This document shows, one piece after another, positions 31,086-45,677 of a stretch of DNA of 64,000 nt. The position numbers and the translations under genes are program-made. Each line of letters begins with the position of its first letter. Within the stretch, counting starts at the first letter, position 1. Under the pieces are notes generated by a model that worked only from the letters and a program-made list of their open reading frames with translations, was not told the DNA's origin and ran no database searches. Location of the stretch: NCBI RefSeq assembly GCF_009914755.1, contig NC_060936.1. One strand, given 5' to 3'. This DNA is from the human T2T-CHM13v2.0 reference genome, Homo sapiens.

Positions 31086-33155
31086 AAAAGATAGATCCTT
31101 TTTAGTGATGTCTCCTGAGGGACTGGGGATGGGGGAAAGGCTGCCCAAGTCTTCCAAGGGCAGTGTGGCAGGCCCAGCCTGTGACCAGTGCAGTAGCTGA
31201 ATCCCTGGTGCTCATAGCCCCAGTAGCTGTGCTCAGCGTTCTGTAATATCAGCGCAGATACTACTCACATCTCTCCAAGCTGGGCCCCACTCATCCATCT
31301 TCACAATCTCTCAGAGTCCAAGGCTGCCTGTGTCCTTTTATGAGCAGGGAGAGCTGGGTGTCTGTATGTATGCATGTATGAGAGCGTATGTGTAAACAGA
31401 GGACATGATTGACTTGCTCAAGGTCACCTGGTTCAGGAGCACGAACACTTAAGGTCTCCCCAGCTCCCAGTTGAGAATTTTCCAAAATAGAGCTCCTGGG
31501 GGGTTCATACAAGCTGCAGCCCCAGGAAGGAAGGAAACAGGAACTAGAGGATTGAAGGGGATGGGGGCGTGGAGCTCCTATGGTAGGCTCTTAAGCTCCT
31601 TGACAAATGATCACTGCTTTTTGTCCCCAGAGCCAAGCACACACTGGGTGCTCAATATAAGTTTGATGAATGAATAAGGCTGGGCAGTTGGGGAGGATGG
31701 GAGGCAGTAATAGATCAAGAGGAGAAAATTTCAGGAGTTACAGCTCCAAATAAGCCAGTATGACAGCAGCTGAGAAGCCTATGCTTCCAGGCAGGGGCTG
31801 GGGAGAGGGTGCATCGCCAGATATTTGCTGTTCCACCCACAATTTCAGAGCAGGCTTCACAATGTCTGTCCCAGGAACATACAGGCCAAAATATGAGGGG
31901 TTGCCTGAAGAGAAAGCTGAGGGGCTATTTTCACTAACAGTTCTTCAAAGCAGTTCTGTCAGGACAGAGCAGGAGGAAATAAGGTTCCTGAGAAGTGGGG
32001 AATTAGGTTAGCCTCTGAAGAGCATCCAAGGTTAGACGTGGAAATAAGTAACCAAAGGTTCGCTTCCCCTCCTCTGGAGCCCTTTAATAGGACAGCAGGC
32101 CATCTGTTTGGATGAGGGAAGGGCTGGCCTTTGGAGAGCTGAATCTCAGTAGCTCCAGCTGGGGGAAGCAGGCTTCATTGGCATAGCCCCTGGGCCTGGG
32201 TGGGGGCAGGGGACATGGGGAGGACAGAGACCCAACCAGGCCAGCCCTTGGTGTGCATTCCCTTCCTCCTGTTTGTCAGGGAAGTTTTTAATTAATGGTG
32301 TATAATCTGATCTGACCCTTCTCCCTGCTGAGCACTGCCTTCAATCAGTGGAGCCATCTGCAATTGCAATTCATAATTCTCCCCAAAGGGAGGGGGACTC
32401 GGGCCGGGTGCCTTGGTGATTAATACAATTAGCCTTTTATGTTGATGATTGTCTTAGCAGGAGCAGATGATGCTGTGCTGGGAGCCTGGGCGGTCGCGTC
32501 CCGATTGGCTGGCAGGAAGCCCCTCTCCGCTTCCCACCCCCACTTTTCATCTTCGATCTACTACCTCCAGGTATAAAGAGGACAGGCCTCATCTGGGGTC
32601 ATACTGTGCAAGGGGGAAAAGGCCAGGAAGGGGTAGGGCTCTGAGCCACATTTGGTCTCCTAGGACTGAAGGAAGAGTAGAGTCACACCATGATCTGGGC
32701 GCTTTTACATTCCAAAGAAAATCACTTTCACCTAAAGGATTGTGCGGACCAAAGTTAAAAAAAAAAAAAAAAACTACATAAACATAGATCGGGAGTTGAC
32801 AGAGTTTAAATACAGGCTCAGGCACTTAGCAGCTGTGTGAACTTGGGCAAGTTACTTAAGGATCCTGAGCCTCACTTTCCTCATCTGGAGGATGGAGTAC
32901 AGTCAAAAGGGAGCTGGAAGAACTACATGAGATGTGTGTGTGTTTCACACCATGCCTGACAGGCAGTCAGATCTCAATCAGTGGTAGCTATTTTTACCAC
33001 CATCATGATCGCGGTATTGCATTCTGTCTACCATAAGTTCAGCTACTTCCCCTGCAGTTTCTAATGAGGCCTGGGCTATTACTAAAGAAGGGATCACATC
33101 CTTCCCATACCCCAGGCTTAGCTTGAGCTGAGGGGGGACGGGGGGAGAGAGTTTA

Positions 33156-33714
<559 letters not shown>

Positions 33715-34409
33715 TCAGAGCTGAGAGTTAAAGGGGTAACACAGACCAAAATCACTGTGATCGATAATGAGGTCAAGGGATCTGAAACAAGCAGATCTGG
33801 GTTTTGATGGGAGACTCCACCAGGTCAGGGGAGGGGATCAGCTAAGTTCCTCTGGCCCCACAGTGCTGTTTTCTGTGCCCCGGAGCAACCCCAGGGAGTG
33901 CCGCGAGAAGAGAGATCGATGCTTGATACTAAGAGGGATTTTAACTGACAGCTTAGTGCCAGGCCCTCTCAATGTCAGAGAGGAAGATGGGGAGGGAAGA
34001 AGGGAGGGAAGAAGTTAAGGGCTAATCAAGATGAAGCATCTGGCCAAGCTGTGACCTCTCTGGGCAGCTGTGGCAGGGGGTCAGCATAGCCAAGATCCGT
34101 AATCACTTCTCAGGGAGCGGCAGCTACACTACAGCGCAGTCACATATTTAGCAAAAGCTGGGGAGGCAAGGCATGGTTAGTGAATGGGGTTTATGGGAGT
34201 GGGGAGTCCAATAGCACTAATTAATAGGCTGCAGTTAATTAGCAGAAAAGGGGGAAATGAAAAACAATGTTTCAGAGCTCTGATTGAAACCCATAAAGGG
34301 GCAGCTATTGCCAGAGCTGCAGGTGGAGGAGGCCAGAGACAAAGGCAGGGACAAATAACTCCCGCTCCACCCCCATGGACAGATGAAACAAGCTCCAGCC
34401 AGGCCAGCG

Positions 34410-35314
<905 letters not shown>

Positions 35315-36301
35315 AGGGTCCAGCCTGTGGTGAGGGAAGAGGCCAGGACAGCAGTCAGGGGCGTCTGGTTCTGGAGCAGCAGGCTGGAGGGGCTTTCTCT
35401 GGAAATACGCTCTGTCCCTCCCTAACTGCCTGGCACAGCCCGAGTTCCAGCTCTCATGTCAGGACCTTAAGGCTCTGTGAGCTCCCCCAGCACTCTGCAC
35501 CACCTCTATCCCAGCACTGAACACGTGACTTCATAGTTATTTGAACATCTGCCTCTAACAGGAATATCTCCTTAAACAAAATGATATTTTTAGTCTACTT
35601 CTAATTTCAGGGCAATATGTTCCTTATCTTTACTGTCTGTCCTATGAGACAGGCTTCCTTTTTTTGTAGGTCCCCAAATCATGGCCTTTCATTTTCAAAA
35701 GAAGAAAGAACTTCCTCTGATATTCTTGATGAGTGAGGTGGTCAAAGGATTGCAACACACACTCCCAAAACCCAGCCCAAACAGAATGTCTAAAACCTCC
35801 CATCTCTCATGTGTTAAAGCAGCCTGGTGTCCACCAGGATGTACTGTTATTTTGGTCAGCTCATCACTGATTCACAGTGGCTTTCCCCTAACGGCTCTGG
35901 GGTCATGACTGGGTCCAATCTTGATCCTGCCCCACACATTGCTTGTCTGCTTCTTCATGCTATGTGTCTTGGACTGAGCCTTGGTTTCTCTGCTTTTCCT
36001 ATACTGTAGCTATCTTTCAGACCAGGGGGAACCTCCTGTTTTAATCTCTCTTTGACCACAGCAAAGTCGCTGTTTTCTTGGCCTGCACAGCTGGTCCATC
36101 CAACAGCCTATCTCACATGAATAGCTAACACTTCCAACCCAAATAACATTGATTACAAGATGCACTACTATTTTATGAGCTACTGAGGAACATTGCATTA
36201 TATTAGTAAGATGCCATTGATTATAAGATGTCCCAATTCTCAGAGATATTAACAATATTTTCCAAAGTGCATCTTTTCAATCAATGAAATGATAATTTCT
36301 C

Positions 36302-36602
<301 letters not shown>

Positions 36603-39410
36603 CTGAATCTTGGCTCTTTACATGGGGTTTTAGTGAAAAGAGGAATGGAAGGCTGAAGTGGGGACCATCTTAGGTGTCTTCCTCCTCCCAGGGGGATGGA
36701 TACATTGCCCCCATATGCTCTCAACTCTGCACATCTCTTGCTGTACCAGCTTTTAAGTACCCAGGCCACCCCTCACAGTGAACGTCTCCTCTCCCTCAGT
36801 GCCAGGGAGTCCACTGAAGAGAAGCCAGCCCCCTATTTTCACAGAGGCAAAACAAACACAAACCACACCAAGCTGGGACCACAGTTTTAAGGAGCTAGAG
36901 CCTAGCACTCCAACACCATTTATCCAACCACTTCCCAACCCACTGGGTTATTTTCCCCGGAGCCTCCAGAGCAGTGTCAAGAGAAGATGCAGAGATTAGT
37001 CATTTCCTCCTAATCGGGCTAAGACTGCTCTGCTAAGCTGCCGACTGCAGGCAATTCCTGATACCGTTAAAGCAAAGCAGCTGGAAAGGGCTTAGCCCTT
37101 TAATGCCGGCAGCTGTATCTTCACAGTGCGGCTGCTCTGCTGAGGGGCTGGACTCTGTCCAGAAGCACCAGGCGTTTAGCCCCATTCAATGTATATTAAC
37201 CTAGGAGGAGAGAGCAGCCACAGCCAGCTCCCTGGGAGGAAGGGAGGTGGTTCCTTTAACCACCTCCACCCCCGGGCTTTGCTTCCTAATGAGAAAGAAA
37301 AATCCCAGCCCCTTTGAATATCTCTCTACCAAAATCTGGACAAACTATCATCTCACTGGCAGAAAGAGCTTTCTCTGTGGTGGGAGCAACTCCATTTTAA
37401 AAGCTAACCTAATAACAGATCCACTTGTTAGTTTTGACAACAAAAAGACTTTAGGTCACTAACCATGGAGGCTCATTCTCCCTTGAGCTGGTTTTTTTCC
37501 TTTGAGGTCTAAAGTAGTCTTCAGATCCCAGGTATGCATATGTGTGGACACAGCACACTGACCTCCCCTTCCTGGAGAGCACTGGGCCCTAGGGTTGATG
37601 AGGCAGAGTGCTGCACAGCCCTCGGAAAGCCCAGGCGCAAAGCAGGCTGTGAAGAGAGATCACTCGAAGACTCAAAGCCAGATGGTGAGCATGAGACAGG
37701 GTGAGAGCTAATGCCACTTAGGGGGAAAGCCAGTCAGTTAATCAGTTAATCCACTGACACGTTTCTAGAAGCAGGCTGATGGCTCTGGCTCCGAGACTTG
37801 CCTGTCCTTGGCTCTGAGCATCAGAGCACACAGGATGCACAGGGGTGGCCTGAAAACAGACTGCCACCAGGAGCAACCTCAAGTGCTCACACAACTCATC
37901 TTGCTCCTTCCACACAGAAAACAGCCCTACATCACCAAGCCCAGGTCTTCCATTCTCCCAGACAACCATTAGGAAATTCTGCCCCACGTGCCGTCTCCAG
38001 CAGTTTGGGCCTCCCTGCTCTTTCTGGGTCATCTGCTGAGAATGCATAATGAGAATGCATACTACATCCACATACATAGAGTCCTCAGTGCAATCTGCGG
38101 CTCTAGGTTGGGTGTGACTTACCAAGTTCTTAGGATAATGGAGAGAACTCCTGCAAAGTAAGTGATCATCTCTTTCTACAGCGCTGCTCATTTTATAGTT
38201 GCTCACTTTGCAGAACAAGATCCTTCCTTGCATGGAATGTGAATAACACTGGCTCCAAGCAAAGGCCATTTACTAGTACTTAAGTACCTAATAATACACT
38301 TACAGGCCCCACAATGCTCTCTGAAGTCTGAAATAGCAAGCACCAGGGCTAACCTTCAGACTAAGCTGTAACTCCCAGATTCTAACCCCAGGTAAGCTAC
38401 ACATTAGTTGGTAGGAGTTTGAGCCAAATCACCTCTCTGAATTTGTTAACTGGGATAGTATCACCTGTCCTGCCCCACCTCCGGTGGGTGAAGTGAGATC
38501 AAGTAAGACGATAAATGAAAGCGCTCTGTATATGGTAAATCACCATATTAAATTCCCTAGAGACTTTATGGGGAATCAGTTCCTAATTCCATCTTCAGTG
38601 ATGACCAGAGAAGATTTAACTGGTGCTTTATTATAAGTCTAAATATCCATTTACATGTGTTTGAGCCTAGCACAGAGATGGTACCCAACTGTGTGAGATA
38701 TGAGAGTAATGCTGCATAAAAAACAATGCAGCTAAATGAAGCCTGGCAAGAGTTACAGAGGGAGAAAGGTAGACAAAAGGAAAAATTCCTGCTTCCAACT
38801 AGGAGTCCCTGAAAAGTAGCCTCCTTCCCCATCCCACGCAATTGCAGAGGACAAAGCTCCCACATGCTACAAGGTTATTCCTGGTGACGTCAAACTGTCT
38901 TCCACCTGACTTTGTGAACACAAACCATCAACAAATATAGCTCTGAGAACCAGTGTGTAATAAACTACCCAAGTTAGGGACCTCCTGGCCTGGTGCCTTC
39001 ACTTATTTACAAAATATACCCGCTACAGGGGGCATATTAAAAAATTACCAAGTTCTTAGGTTAAGTGGCCATTCTCCAAACCCTGTTTACACTAAAAGCA
39101 CAATGGCTAACATGCCCCAACTCTGCATGCTTGAAAGCTTTTTCCATCAGTGGCTGAAACCTGAGTCATCACTCAGACTATCATCAAAGCACATTGATCA
39201 AGAACGTACTGTGTGAGCTGTGCCACCCTCACGTCTCACATCTGGGCATCCACACCAGCTCTTGCCCTGCTCGTGCTGAGAGCCTAAGAAAAGGTGATGC
39301 ACGATTGAACCCCTTGGCATGCCAGGCATAGCAGTGGGGCCTCTAAATGCTTTTCCAAGAGGAAATCACTTACCAAGTGTAATGTACATATGTGTGTATG
39401 TATGTATCTA

Positions 39411-39775
39411 TGTATTATTCCGTTCTCACACTGCTAATAAAGACATACCCAAGACTGGGTAATTTATAAAGGAAAGAGGTTTAATTGACTCACAGTTCCG
39501 CATGGCTGGGGAGGACTCAGGAAACTTACAATCATGGCAGAAGGGGAAGCAAACATGTCCTTCACATGGCAGCAGCAAGAAGTGCAGAGCAAAAGGGGGA
39601 AAAGCTCCTTATAAAACCATCAGATCTTGTGAGAACTCACTATCACGAGAACACCATGAGGTTAGTAATCATCCCCATGATTCAATTACCTCCCACTGGG
39701 TCCCTCCCATGACACGTGGGGATTATGGGAACTACAATTCAAGATGAGATTTGGCTGGGGACACAAACCATATCA
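39411..39775 (-). mobile_element. Solo THE1 (MaLR) LTR
   Basis: tgtatta...ctgctaataaagacatacccaagactggg...aaaccatatca; perfect 5-bp TSD ATCTA at 39406-39410 and 39776-39780. Confidence 0.92.
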
Positions 39776-39916
39776 ATCTATCTGAAGCTAGATAGGTGTG
39801 CAGGTAGACCCTACCATAACAAAACAAAAGCAGCAAGCCTGGTATCTTTGCTCCCTGTACTCCCTCAGCTCTCCTTGTCATTTTGTGCTGCCTAATAATT
39901 TAAGCATGCAAGAACT

Positions 39917-40120
39917 GGCTGGGCACAATGGCTCATGCCTGTAATCCCAGCACTTTGTTGGGAGGCTGCAGCAGGAGGATCACTTAAGTCCAGAAGTTTG
40001 AGACCAACCTGGGCAACATCGTGAGACCCTGTCTCTATAAAAAATTTAAAAATTAGCTGGGCATGGTGGGGCATGCCTGTTGTCCCAGCTACTTGGGAGG
40101 CATAAAATAAATAATAAAAT
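39917..40120 (+). mobile_element. Truncated AluJ-like element
   Basis: Left monomer plus partial right monomer and an A-rich tail. Confidence 0.85.
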
Positions 40121-41317
40121 AAAAAGAACACAAGACCAATTTCAATGCCACAGGCTCAGTTCATAACCAAAAATGAGTACTTTTTTCCCCTGGTAAATCA
40201 ATTGCGCACCCTAAATGTCCTCTGACCAAAACTCACATTCCTTCTTCTATCTCTGCAAGCAATGAATTCACCCTCTTAAGGAAGGATAAGTTGTTAAACA
40301 CCCAGTAATAAACTCAAATTGTTGCAGCTGAATCCAACCATGTAATGCTTGCCCAGTTAGATAAACATCAAACTAGGGAGTCTTACATAGATCAGGGAGA
40401 ATAAAGGTAAATATCACAACTTAAAGATTCTGTTTATTAGCAAGTGCGATAGTAAAATTAAACTGCATTAAAAGAGAGGAATGTCAGAAAGGGTTAGGAG
40501 TAAGAGATGGACTGATGGCTACTCCAAAGCACTGGACCCCCTTCCACAGCCCTCACATTGAGGAGGTATAATTAAGAAGGCCCTGGAAAGTCAGGCTGTT
40601 CCGCAGGAAGTACTGTTAAAGAAGTTGAAGGTGGGTATATATTTCCCTTTGCTATTATCAGAATTATTTTCATGGCTAAGGTCTCTTGGCCTAGCCCAAA
40701 AACTGAGCAAATGGTTGCCAACATTTGACACACAGGACCATTTCCTTTTTCGTTAATGGACCATTGGTTCCTGCATAGGGTAGCCTTGCCTTCACTAATG
40801 TTACACAATCCATTTACTTCCTCTACATTAGTGACTGAAAATGCACCTTGGGGAGATACTACAGAACAGCAAATATGGAACCAGGCCAACGCTAGGATTG
40901 CAAAGACATAAGAAAAGAGGTAGCATCTAGGGCAGTTTTAAAAAACAAGGCCTAGCAGGCGTGTGTGAAAGGGGGTATGGGACCCATCCTCTGTCAATTT
41001 GCTGAGGCAGATGGGCCCTGCTGTGAAGCTGCCCCCTCCTGGGAAAAAAGCCAGTAGGTTGCCTCCTCTCTCCACAGTTACATATTAAGCCTACAACTGT
41101 TTACGTTCAATCTCAGATACATTCTGTTCACCAGCTTCAGAGTTCCAAGTGCAGGTGCCCTCAGTTAATCATCCCAGCTCACTCCAAAGTCACTTCCAGC
41201 AGTGAAGGATGTTCTAGGCAGTCAGCCAGCCAGAGGCAATTTTTTTTTTTATCTGCACCATTCTGGTCCCTAAAGACTTGTTTAAAAAGTTGTTGTTGTT
41301 GTTTTATTTTTTAAGTA

Positions 41318-41648
41318 CAGTCACACACTACATAACGTTTTGATCAATAAGGGATCCCATATACAACAGTAGTCACATAAGATTATAATAACCATAGTTT
41401 TACTGTACCCTTTCTATGTTTAGATACATAAATACTTACCATGCGTTACAGCTGCCTACAGTGTTCAGAACAGTCACATGATGTACAGGTTTGTAGCCTA
41501 GGAGCAATAGGCTATACCATACAGCCTAGGTGTGTAGTAGGCCACACCATCCAGGTTAGTTTAAGGACACTCAGGTTCACACAACAATGAAATCACCTAA
41601 TGAAGCACCTCTCAGAATGTATCCCTGTCATTATGCAACTCATGACTG
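41318..41648. mobile_element. Non-autonomous Tigger3/MER7-type DNA transposon
   Basis: Terminal inverted repeats CAGTCA...TGACTG; TA on the left flank; internal gtagcctaggagcaataggcta signature. Confidence 0.8.
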
Positions 41649-41821
41649 TGGTTTCTTTAAACAAGACAACAGGCATAGGACAACTCTACAACTCCAGTTT
41701 GGACAAAGAGAGACTGGATGAGAAATGAAGAAACAAACTCCCGGTGGTGGTAAGCCTGGGGTGGGTCCAGAGAGTGGGAAATGGGGATGAACAACAGAGT
41801 CAAGACACTTTGAAGGAAGTA

Positions 41822-42107
41822 ATTTTTTCTTTTTTTTTTTTTGTGACAGGGTCTCACACTCTGTCACCCAGGCTGGAGTGCAGTGGCACGATCTCAGCTC
41901 ACTGCAACCTCTGCCTCCCAGGCTCAATTTTCCCACATTAGCTTCCCAAGTAGCTGGGACCACAGGTGTGCACCACCACGCCCAGTTAATTTTGTATTTT
42001 TTGTAGAGACAGAGTTTGGCCATATCTCAAACTCTTGACCTCAGGTGATCCACCTATCTTGGCCTCCCAAAGTGCTGGGATTAGAGGCATAAGCCACCAA
42101 GCCCAGC
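41822..42107 (-). mobile_element. Alu
   Basis: Poly-T plus antisense consensus. Confidence 0.9.
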
Positions 42108-42169
42108 CCCAGAAATGATTTTCTAAAAGGCATTGAAAATTACCTTGCAAGACAAGAAAACCAGCCTCA

Positions 42170-43277
42170 TGTTCATTTTGAAAAAGCTATTTACTTTTTT
42201 TCCAAATATTATCCCAAATAGGTGTTTTACAGATAAGGGTCAATACGAAGTCAAACATTCTACAGAAGAAAATCGTTTTTACAGACATTAAGAATAATTT
42301 TAACAGAAGAAAAAGCTCACATCTATCTAGATGTGGCTATGTTCCATGGGAAAAATTTCAGCATCCAAAGTGCAAAGAAAAAATGACTGTAGCTTTTCTT
42401 ACCACAAAATATTGACAATCTTCCCTTATAGCCTACTCTTTATTGTTAGTTGGGATGCCAAAGGATGATATATTGACCTTTAGAAGTTGGGCTCCACTGG
42501 ACAAGGTTGGGGGTATGGGGGCCAAGCATCAGAATGAATTCAATTTTAAAAGAAAAACTGGCTTTGACCCCAAATGAACCCAAAGTTCAGCCAGCGGCAC
42601 ATCAGAGATAAATACGAGTTGTACTTTCACATTTACAAGGTTGTGCCACTCAACACTATTAAAGACCTAATCATCCAAATCAAAGCTACGCATACTCCCA
42701 TCACTAGTTCTGTCCTCAATGCATCCCATTTTTATGAAAGCTCCATATTATAGCTCAGTTCATAATGGGGAATGAGAACTTCTGGTTCTTAGAAGGAGGC
42801 ATCCTAAATCCTCTGGTCTAATCCTTTCTTTGCCCTGCCCTCCCACTTCCCACCCTGAGACAAGCTAATCTTATCAGATAGGTAGGGTTTCTGTCATTGT
42901 CTCACGGAAATCAGTTCTAAATGAAACTAGAGAAAGATCATTCTATGAGCAGCATTTGGCTTTAAGCCAAAGGAACAATAACCCCCTTCCCCAAAAAGAA
43001 TCACAACCAATTCCATACTAACCCTTCTACCCCTGGAAAGATGTCTCATCTAAAAGCTCCCAACAATGACCAGCACAAAGTGCTGATATTATGTGACTTG
43101 AGGAGAAGGAAGGGGAGATATATATAGTTTTAATAAAACCCTCATGCACAATTAAACTTGAGTAAAAGCCTGGAGAATGCTAAAAGTAGTAATGAGTACA
43201 GGAGGCTGCAGAGCAGAGTACAGATGTGTCCTTTCTTATAGTCAGTCAATGCTGGGAAGTAACAGGCAGATGTGACT
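42170..43277 (-). other. RACGAP1: RACGAP1 3' UTR with candidate poly(A) signals
   Basis: Minus-strand ATTAAA (43129-43134), AATAAA (42439-42444) and AGTAAA (42190-42195); exact 3' end inferred. Confidence 0.65.
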
Positions 43278-43353
43278 TCACTTGAGCATTGGAGAAGCAA
43301 AAAAGTTGCCTTGTCGTCCTAGGTTAGTGGCAGACTTGCTTTTGCTCCCAAAT
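43278..43353 (-). CDS. RACGAP1: RACGAP1 last coding exon
   Basis: [27 protein letters not shown]; exon lengths sum to 632 aa if 85 coding nt lie upstream of the window. Confidence 0.96.
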
Positions 43354-43693
43354 CTACAATAAAAAGAGAATGAACTGGAAAAATATTCTATAAAAAATGG
43401 TTGAATAAACAACTATAATATTACTTGATATAACCCATTATAAGTAGGAAACCCTAGACAACTATTTTGCAATAGTTGCTTAAGTATTCTTAGTCACCAA
43501 CAACGAGAGAGGGGAAATAGTAAAGACTTTCAGAACCTTTTTAAAGAAGGAATCCTTATAGCCCCACGTTCCCTTTTAAAGTCTAGTTGCTAGCTAAAAT
43601 CGAATGCAATTTTTCTTTCAATAAGCTTCAATATAATAAGAAGTCTAAGAAAGTAGTTGTTTTTTATTTCCTAGGAAGGCCAATTCTGCATAC

Positions 43694-43802
43694 CTAGGAG
43701 TGTTCTTGGTGAGGGTGGAACGGACTCTCTGTGACAGGGAACTAGATGAAGGAGTCTTGAGAAGCTGATGTTCAGGAGTGGTCACAGGTCCCAGTAAACT
43801 CA
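43694..43802 (-). CDS. RACGAP1: RACGAP1 coding exon
   Basis: [37 protein letters not shown]; 109 nt; AG/GT. Confidence 0.95.
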
Positions 43803-44464
43803 CTTCAAAGTTCAGACATATTTTTAAGAGAGGTGGGAAAAAAGAAGGCATCTTTTTAGATGGCTAGTTTTAAGCTGATTACCCTCTGAAGCACTTAAGA
43901 GCTAAGGTTAGACATCTAGCAAAGTCCCAGAGATCATTTTTGTCATCATTCTGTAACACACTAGTGTATCTTTTGAACTCAATGAATAGCTGACACGTCC
44001 TGATTTAGGCCATTCTCTAACTCCACACTTCACAAATCTAACATCTAAACATCTGACTTTTAGCTATACTAGAAGAAGCAATATGCTCCCTTAGAAGGAA
44101 CTTGCAATAATGAAAGAATGGGTCTCCAATGCCAGTGAGACTGGAGTGAAACCAGCCTATTCATATAAAATTGTTGGTTAGCAATATAAATTGGCAAAAG
44201 CCTATAAGAAATTTAATAAATCAAGTTGGTAAAACATACCAAGACACATAAAAATGTTCAAGCCATTTAATTCAGTGATCCCACTCTTAGGAATTTATCA
44301 TTAAGAGAAATGCTATATTGACTATAGCATTACTTGTAATTATGAAAAATTGAAAAATAATGTTAATACCTACTAGAACATTTAAGTAAATGATAAATAA
44401 GATTATACATGAGAAAAAGTTCTCACAACATGCTAAGTGAAATAAGAATGAATTATATTTAAAC

Positions 44465-44532
<68 letters not shown>

Positions 44533-44812
44533 CAGAGTCTCACTCTGTCACCAGGCTGGAGTGCAGTGGCGGGATCTCAGCTCACTGCAAATTCCGCCTC
44601 CTGGGTTCCAGCAATTCCTTGTGCCTCAGCCGCCCTGGTAGCTGGGATTACAGGCATGCGCCACCACACCCAGCTAATTTTTGTATTTTTAGTAGAGATG
44701 GGGTTTCACCATGTTGGCCAGAATGGTCTCAATCCCCTGACCTTGTGATCCGTCCGCCTCAGCCTCCCTCCCAAAGTGCTGGGACTACAGGTGTGAGCCA
44801 CCATGCCCAGCC
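44465..44812 (-). mobile_element. Alu with long poly-T and adjacent (TA)n microsatellite
   Basis: (TA)n 44468-44500, T-run, antisense Alu; tattatat on both flanks. Confidence 0.9.
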
Positions 44813-45019
44813 TATTATATCTATATTTAAAAAACATATATCCATATGGATAAAGAAAGGAGAACATGGAAAAGCAAAAAAAAATTACGATGGTAGAATT
44901 ATACAAATTTTCCTTTAATGTTAGAATTTTCAAACAGCTCTAGCAAAGGCAGGAAGAGGTCATATGACTAAAACTAAAGAGAGAGTCAAGTCCCTGAAGA
45001 AGCACATCTTGGGCCTTAC

Positions 45020-45155
45020 CTTTAATATCTGGTGTCTGTGGTGTTGAAAAGGCATTTGAGTTTTCAATGACATGTAGGGGGTCAATGTTCTCTTGCTCCA
45101 CCATCATGAACTGACTCCAATACTCCAGAGGCAAGGAAAGCAGGCGCTCAACCAC
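45020..45155 (-). CDS. RACGAP1: RACGAP1 coding exon (end of RhoGAP domain)
   Basis: [26 protein letters not shown]...TPQTPDIK; 136 nt. Confidence 0.96.
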
Positions 45156-45266
45156 CTAAAAGCCAGCAAATCTGTTAGCAAACTTCCAAAGCTCAGGGCT
45201 TCTCAACTGTCTTTCAAGTTATCACATTACACAAGTTCACATACACACACACATGCACCTGCCTAC

Positions 45267-45399
45267 CTTGGGTTGACGCTTGATGTCCTGTAACATTGTC
45301 ACTGGGTCTGGATTGGGCACAGCATGGGCCACTATTGTAGGGCCAAAGACTTTAGCCAGATTGGCAACATCCATTTTAGTATGTGGACTCTGAGCCACT
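45267..45399 (-). CDS. RACGAP1: RACGAP1 coding exon (RhoGAP)
   Basis: [25 protein letters not shown]...RQPK; 133 nt. Confidence 0.96.
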
Positions 45400-45571
45400 C
45401 TAAGCAAAAGAATATTAAATTAGAAGTCTTGCTCCTTGCTTAAATGCAGACCAAAATATAAATTCTATAAGAAAACAATTCATCCCTCATACTCCCAAAC
45501 ACTCAACCCACATTATCTTCCCCTTGGAAAAAAATTCCCTAACTCCCAGAACAAGTTTCTGCTGTACTCAC

Positions 45572-45677
45572 CTCTGCAAGTGAATCATGAGGAAAGCTAA
45601 TGTGTCCCTGTTGGCCTGGGGCAGTTCACCAACAGCTTGGTACATGGCAGCTATGCTGTTGTCTTCATCTGTGATTT
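45572..45677 (-). CDS. RACGAP1: RACGAP1 coding exon (RhoGAP)
   Basis: [36 protein letters not shown]; 106 nt. Confidence 0.96.

Noticed and set aside
36150-36295. Possible ancient Tigger-like DNA transposon remnant, plus many MIR fragments (e.g. ~2120-2300, 5900-6150, 7860-8210, 50920-51100)
   Set aside because: Too diverged to assign family or boundaries by eye.
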